Shown one piece after another: positions 56,736-64,000 of a stretch of 64,000 bases of DNA; position 1 is the stretch's first letter, and every line of letters starts with the position of its first letter. A program made the position numbers and the translations under genes. The stretch covers positions 11,408,001 through 11,472,000 of the forward strand of contig OX597819.1 in the NCBI GenBank assembly GCA_951406725.2, given 5' to 3'. The notes under the pieces were generated by a model. That model did no database searches and was not told where the DNA came from. It saw only the letters and a program-made list of their open reading frames with translations. This DNA comes from Octopus vulgaris (taxonomy: Eukaryota).

Positions 56736-56786
<51 letters not shown>

Positions 56787-56863
56787 AGAGTGGATCGTAT
56801 ACGAGTGGGTATATATTTGTAAAAAAGAAGTTTGAAAATGCCACTATATTAGATAAATTTTAA

Positions 56864-56908
56864 TTTTTACATGTTTCGGTTCTTGAAATAACGAACCTTA
56901 TCAAAAAG
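56864..56908 (-). ncRNA. Minimal hammerhead motif with U3-A8 core
   Basis: TTT TTGATAA GGTTC..GAACC GAAAC AT GTA AAA. Confidence 0.6.
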
Positions 56909-57356
56909 AATTTTTTTATAATAAAGAGTATAATGGAACAGTTCATAATTGTTACATACATTCAATAGAGTCCATGCTATATACATTCAATAGAATCCAT
57001 GTTCTTGAAAAGGCGAAAAATATAAGTCTAGTGCAGGAGTTCATTATAGATTTTACCTTGTGTTCCAATGGGAGCAACAGTAGTAATTCTTGGTCGTCGA
57101 CTGTTAGCGTAATTTTTGTATATATATACACACAAATATCATATCTAAACATACTCGTACATATACACAAGATCTATCTAATTATTTATCTATCCATATT
57201 TCGTTTCGTGAATTTTGATTACAACCGTAACTGACCATGTCCAGTTGTAGATAGACTTTGTGTCTCCAGCCAACGAGTCAAACGAGTCGCCTATACTGCT
57301 GAGACCGTTTTTGGTACGAAACCAATAATCTCTTTCTGACTGGCCATAAGAAACAA

Positions 57357-57420
<64 letters not shown>

Positions 57421-57893
57421 GCATATATATATATATATATATATCTTCTTCGGTGCCAAGAATTCACAACGACCTCGAACCCACAAGAGTAAACAAGAGA
57501 GACAGAGACAGGCAGAAACAAGGAAAATGCCTCTTGTATTTGAATACTATGCGAATATTCTTATATAATACTTTGCATTTAATTTTTCCAAAATTTAATT
57601 GTTTTCCACTCTTACAATTGAAAAAGTCTCAATGACCGAAACCGGTACTGAAATGTTTGTTATAAAATTATTTAAGCATTTTCTACCTTGACTCTTTTCC
57701 ATATATATGTATATTGTAGAATCAGAAACAAAAAGTCCTTGGTACAATATTACATATATGAAAACAATGAATAGAAATGTTTTTTCTAATTTTTCCACTT
57801 TAATAATTAAGTTATTATATTAATAACTTACAAGTGTATAATTATTAAATTGGAAACATTTTCAAAGGTGCCATTGCTGTTCATTTTTTTAAA

Positions 57894-57974
<81 letters not shown>

Positions 57975-57982
57975 CTAGAGAA

Positions 57983-58212
57983 GGAGGCGAGCTGGCAGAA
58001 ACGTTAGCACGCGGGCGAAATGCGTTGCCGTATTTCGTCTGCCGTTACGTTCCGAGTTCAAATTCCGCCGAGGTCGACTTTGCCTTTCATCCTTCCGGGG
58101 TCGATAAATTAAGTACCAGTTACGCACTGGGGTCGATGTAATCGACTTAATCCGTTTGTCTTTCCTTGTTTGTCTCCTCTGTGTTTAGCCCCTTGTGGGT
58201 AGTAAAGAAATA
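57983..58212 (+). mobile_element. SINE A, full copy
   Basis: Match to 1145-1378. Confidence 0.92.
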
Positions 58213-58224
58213 TATACATATATA

Positions 58225-58968
58225 CTAGCAATGGACCCTGACATTGCCCGGGTGTTATGACTGAGAGGCACTTTGTATTATTTGTTCCTTTCTTATGGGG
58301 CAGAATCGGCACACGACGAGTATGAAGCTAACAACCTTTCTTTATGAACATGTTTTTCTCTCATTTCCCGATGAAAAATGCTGCAGTTTCCGTCTACCAA
58401 ATTCTGTCACAAGTCTGTGGTTGGCCGAGGGCTATGGTAGAAGCCACTTGCCACGGTACCATGCAGAGGGACTGATCGTAGAACCATTTGGCTGGGAAGC
58501 AAATTTCTCAACCACATTGTCTTTGTTGAACCTAATATGTGTGTGTTTACATTTGTTGTTAAATCGAGTATTCTGTCCCACTATGTCACAAATCTAGCAG
58601 TTCATGAAGCCGAGATCTATATAATAAACACCAGGTTGAGATATGTACTAAGGTCGTTATGATCAATTAAATTTTTGAAGGTGATACTCCATCTTGACGA
58701 CAGTTGAAAGACTAAACCCAGTAAAATAACGTTTAAAGACTTAATGGCTTCAAATTTAAGATAATGGATTACTAACCACAAGATGATTAGTTCAAAACTT
58801 CGTATTAAACTTCCACTTTGTACGATAACACTATATGTACATCTCAGCCAACTTGACTTCCAACAATTGTAATTTGAAGTCGAATGGCTACAAGTAAGAA
58901 AGATGTCCAGATTTCTTTAAAAATTATTGTGCAAAACATTCTGAGAAAAAGCTTTGTACCACAACAAA

Positions 58969-59018
<50 letters not shown>

Positions 59019-59549
59019 AGATGTCTCTATGGTAACTTGAGGTACTATAAATAGCAGCCAAAACTCTCCTAAAGCACATCCTTTCATCAAAAGAAAGATA
59101 CAGATTTACAGTATTTCAGGAATAAACAAAATGTATGCGATGGGTCTGCTACATCAGAGGCAACTCTGTGCTAAACAAAATGCAGACAATCATACTTCAC
59201 ATTAAAAGATTATCTGCTAAATAATATTAAGCAAGTTGACGGTTTATCTTCGAAGTTTCATTCCCTGGTAAAACTCCATGTGTTTTAAACATTTTCTGAT
59301 TATGCTCTATGTAAGATATAAAAATTGCTGAGACAGAGTTGCCTCCCTTAGCTAAAGACCTCAAAATTCTGCGACCCGACCTCGTTTTCGAGGTTACTTT
59401 TGTAGTAAAAAAGAGTTGGTAGCCGAATGAATAAATGTTTTTAATACCTCATACGTCAAAATCGACAACTCAGTTTTCAAATCCATAAGGAAAATACGCG
59501 CGTGCACACACACACACACACAAACACAACTCTCTTTTATTATATAAGA
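58225..59549 (-). mobile_element. Probable non-autonomous Helitron with nested decayed SINEs
   Basis: Minus strand starts A|TCTTATATAATAAAAGAG at 59549 and ends CCCGGGCAATGTCAGGG...CTAG|T at 58225. The two ends could belong to separate copies. Confidence 0.6.
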
Positions 59550-59867
59550 TATATATACACGGAGCAAATAATTCAGGAGAAAATATTTGCGAAGATATTA
59601 TTGACTATGTTATTATCTAGAGAAACAATTAAAAATGATAATAACAGAATCGATAATATAGGCTGAGGAAAGTGAGTCTATAATTCCAGTCCAGAAACCG
59701 GTCCACGTGAGTCCAAATCCTTGAATATATGTTGAGAGATTGTCTCAGCCCGTTTGTCCGCAGATGGTAGATTTCTGTAGTTATCATCAGTTTTTTCGGC
59801 GATTTAAATAAGAGTTTTGACTGTTATTTCCAGCAGGTAAACATACTTAGCATGTCTTTTGATCAAT

Positions 59868-59901
<34 letters not shown>

Positions 59902-60315
59902 CATGCATGCATGTACGCACACGCACACACATATACAGGCATACATATATGCTTATATGTGTATATTTGTGTTTGTGTGTGTGTGCGCGCGCGCATGTGC
60001 GTGTGTGCGTGTTAAATGGGTTACAGAGGTAGAAGATTCAGAACTACTTCCGAATAAGCAGTCTAATCTGTTTTATAAAACCTACCTCACTCAAATAGTG
60101 CCATCGGAATGATTTGAACTGCATACTCTAATGCCTTAAAGTAAGGAAATTTGGTACCAAAGACTAAATGCCGCTAAGCATTTAGCCTGGCGTACTAACG
60201 ATTCTGTCAGATGGCCGCCTTAAGGAAAGATAGGATATTAAATATTTGTACAGTGTTATTGTTTCGTATGATTTTATTTTCTCTACTTATACTATCTTAC
60301 ATTTTCTGTATATTT

Positions 60316-60418
<103 letters not shown>

Positions 60419-60657
60419 TATACAGAAGATGAGAGATTTTGGTGTTCAGGAGGCCCAAAAGGCAGGTAAAGCTATGTAGGTGCTACGGAAGGACCGCTGT
60501 CAGACTCCCGGTTCAATAATAGTTGGAACGACAACTGTAACAACCATCATATACTTTTATTCTCATATTTCCCTTTATACTTCCTGTAACTCTCCCTTTC
60601 CAAAATACGTTCTTATATTGAACTCTACTATTACCTTCATGTTAACTCTCTCGTATC

Positions 60658-60705
60658 GTCTCTGATGATGGGATATCTTTTGTATCCCTGAAACAGTTGT
60701 AAGAC
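60658..60705 (+). ncRNA. Type I hammerhead ribozyme
   Basis: GTCT CTGATGA t GGGATAT..GTATCCC t GAAAC AGTT GTA AGAC: full core, 4-bp stem I, 7-bp stem II. Confidence 0.8.
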
Positions 60706-60770
60706 TACTTTTCTCTTTATAAATGTCTTAGAAATTTCACACTTCCTTGGCTTTGTTTTCTCATTTAATT

Positions 60771-60842
<72 letters not shown>

Positions 60843-61530
60843 GCAGTTGGGAGCGTATACACACAGATATATACATATACGTATCTAGTGGTGAAGCATA
60901 TTACATTTACAATCGTGACACCGTGGTTTCGATTCCCAGACCGGGCGAGGTGTTGTGTCATTGAGTAAAACACTTCATTTTATAAGCTCCAGCCCTCTCT
61001 CCTTGCAACAGGATGACCTTTCGATCAGGCAGGAATGTTGGCCTGCTTGCCTTGCCAGTGGGGCGGCATCATTCGAAAGCTAAAGCAAAAACGATGCAAG
61101 GGAGCATTGTGACCAGCGATATATAACAACCTCGGATAGTCCGGTTGATTACGTAATAAATACATACATACATACATATAATACACATACACAAACATTT
61201 ATATATGAATATAAACGGACACACTATATCGCCACCATCACCATCACAACCGGGACACAAGGTATTATTGTATAGAATTAATTAATTCTGTGGTCTGTTA
61301 CGTAAATGTTTTTCATACATTTATTGCGAAATTGAGATTATTGGAAATCTAAATTACATCTCGGTTATCAACAGAAATCCAGTTACACAAGTACGACACC
61401 CAATAAACATAAACTCAACGTGGACATAATTCAATTTCCTTCAACTGCACAAATACATATTCACTGCACACGTCAAGAGGACGCTTTTTGGTTAGGAAGA
61501 CCGCATTGCAACTGCGTCGAAGTTAAATAA

Positions 61531-62041
<511 letters not shown>

Positions 62042-62042
62042 T

Positions 62043-64000
62043 GTTTCTTTATTAGCCACACAGGGCTGCACACAGACGGGACAGATTACAAAACAGAGCT
62101 TTTCTTTTTGGGGGAGAAAAAAAAAAGGTGGGGTAGGTTTTCGATCAAAAGGGATCGTAAAAGGAAAAAAAAGAAAGAAAAAAAGGAAAAGAAACAAAAG
62201 AAGAAAAAACGATCAATAGTGATCGTGTATCACAGTGTCATGATGTAAGGTGTAAAGGGGGAAGCAGATAAGGTTTATCCGTGGGCAGAAAAGCCTACGG
62301 AAAAGACCACGGTAACCTCGGTCAATATTGTTACATGTTACCACATTTGTTTGCAAGTAGGTAACCCCCTGTTTTAAGTTTCCGGGTTCATAGGATTATG
62401 CTCAAGGTGGCTTCGTCATTCATACGTGCCATCATTGCTACATTCACCCATCTTTTTTTAAACATTCGCTAGACAAAACTTGCCTCTCTACTCTCACTTT
62501 CCTTTTCAAGTGGTACTTGAAGAAGTTGATGAGAGATTGACTAGAGAGAAAAGTGTTTGTCTCCAAACCTTTCAGACGCGTCCACCAGATACATTCTTTC
62601 GCCATAGCCACAAGGATGATGAAAATAGCTTTTCCTTCCCGTTTGAAGGAAGGATGCGTGACAATATTGACGATAGACTCGGCTGATAAACCGACTCGTC
62701 CCACACGTGACAGCAGTTGTTCGACATAAGCCCATAGGTCGGAAATTGTTGGATACTGCACGAGTGCGTGCAGAACGGTTTCGTCGCTCTGACCGCATCT
62801 CGGGCAGGTCGGCCCCGTGTTTCTCGAGCCGTGTCTGTAGAGCTTATCCCGAACGGGTAGCGCTTCTCGGTAGCACTGCCAGGCCAGGGATCTCTGGAAG
62901 TTGTCCATGGGCCCTGGCCCGAAAGTCGTCCTGAACAGGCGAGTCAGGTATTCCTCGTCGACGTCCAGGTTCGCCCCGAGCTCGTCGTCGTACCTCCCCT
63001 CCACTAATCCCCTATAGAATGCTTGGGTTGTGTTGAAGTCACTCAAGATCGACCCGGGACGGCATAGTTGCTTGAGAGCAACGCGACACTCGCGGTGCCA
63101 TTCGCCCTTCTCGGCCTCTTTTTGATCCACGACTGCAGTTCGGTCATGGAGACGAGTTGCGGGAAAGCGTGCCTCACAAACGGCGACTACACCTGTTCAC
63201 CGTCATCTACATAGAGCCTGAGATGTCGCAGTCTCAGCGCGTGTCTGCACATCATCAACCACGGCATGCCCAGTCCTCCTTTTAACGGGTGTTGACAGCA
63301 AATAGATCGCCTGACCATCGGGACGCATCCTTTCCACAAGAAGCGAAAGAGAATGCGTTCTAGTTTGGTGATGGTAGGGTCGGGACAAGGCACGACGGTC
63401 AGGCGGTAGTAGACGACGGACGCGATGTACGAGTTCGCCACCTCCGCCCGACCTTGTCGGGACAGTTTCCTCTGGGCCCATTGCCTGGCGGGAGTGACCA
63501 CCCTACTCGTTATCTCGTTCCAGTTCTTCTCCATTTGGAGGTCCGGACCAAACCAGACCCCGAGCAACTCGACCGGACCGTCGGTCCAGCGTCCCACGAC
63601 GGAGGCGCTGGTGGACGGCATGGGCTTGCTTCTCCAGGTGCCGAGTCGCAAGCCCACTGATTTTTCCCGGTTGATTTTCGCTCCTGTCACCGCTTCGTAG
63701 TCTTTCAGTGTCTCGCCGACCTGCTCGATGTGCTCGTGGCTAGACACTATGACGGTGACGTCGTCCGCGTATGCAGACACGCTCGTCCCGCATCCCAATT
63801 CTCGCGGGATGCCCCTCAGAGTTGCCAGCTTCCGCAATAATGGCTCGAGAGTCAATACGTAGAGAAGCGACGAGAGGGGGCATCCCTGGCGAACCGAGCG
63901 TGCAATGTCGAAAGGTCTCGATAGATGTCCATATACGCGAATTACCGAACGGATTCCTCTGTACAAAGAGGCTATCCATCCGCGGAAGACGGGACCGAAG
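62043..64000 (-). mobile_element. Tx1/L1-clade non-LTR retrotransposon, 3' portion (extends beyond the window)
   Basis: RT motifs SVRQGCPLS..LY.L.LEPL and SAYADDVTV; C-terminal CPRCGQSDETVLHAL zinc knuckle; 3' UTR ends AATAAAGAAAC and abuts (TC)n. Confidence 0.93.
62444..64000 (-). pseudogene. LINE ORF2 (reverse transcriptase plus zf-RVT-like domain), disrupted
   Basis: In-frame stop at 63187-63189 and a frameshift near 63110 split the ORF. Confidence 0.88.

Overview
Repeat-saturated, AT-rich animal genomic DNA. The SINE families and microsatellite load look like an octopus (coleoid cephalopod) genome; this is inferred from memory, not from a search. No intact host gene is present, and most ORFs in the track are microsatellite artefacts. 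Recognisable content: (1) a full-length 6.98-kb Helitron (7872-14851) with a RepHel ORF carrying three lesions, plus non-autonomous or partial Helitrons; (2) the 3' part of a Tx1/L1-clade LINE; (3) RTE and CR1 LINE fragments; (4) a decayed Penelope-like element (PLE) with RT and GIY-YIG remnants; (5) Tc1/pogo-type and other MITEs; (6) three tRNA-derived SINE families; (7) a few candidate minus-strand exons. The most striking signal is an RNA system the ORF track does not show. Two related (TA)n-inserted repeats have units of 560 bp (37154-39692) and 568 bp (about 48557-49443). Each complete unit carries an intact type I hammerhead ribozyme, the two families show compensatory base-pair changes, and both have a 5'-inverted partial copy and the same 3' end. 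They look like unusually large, PLE-mobilised, possibly circRNA-forming retrozymes. More than a dozen further hammerhead-like motifs, some with variant catalytic cores, are dispersed through the window.
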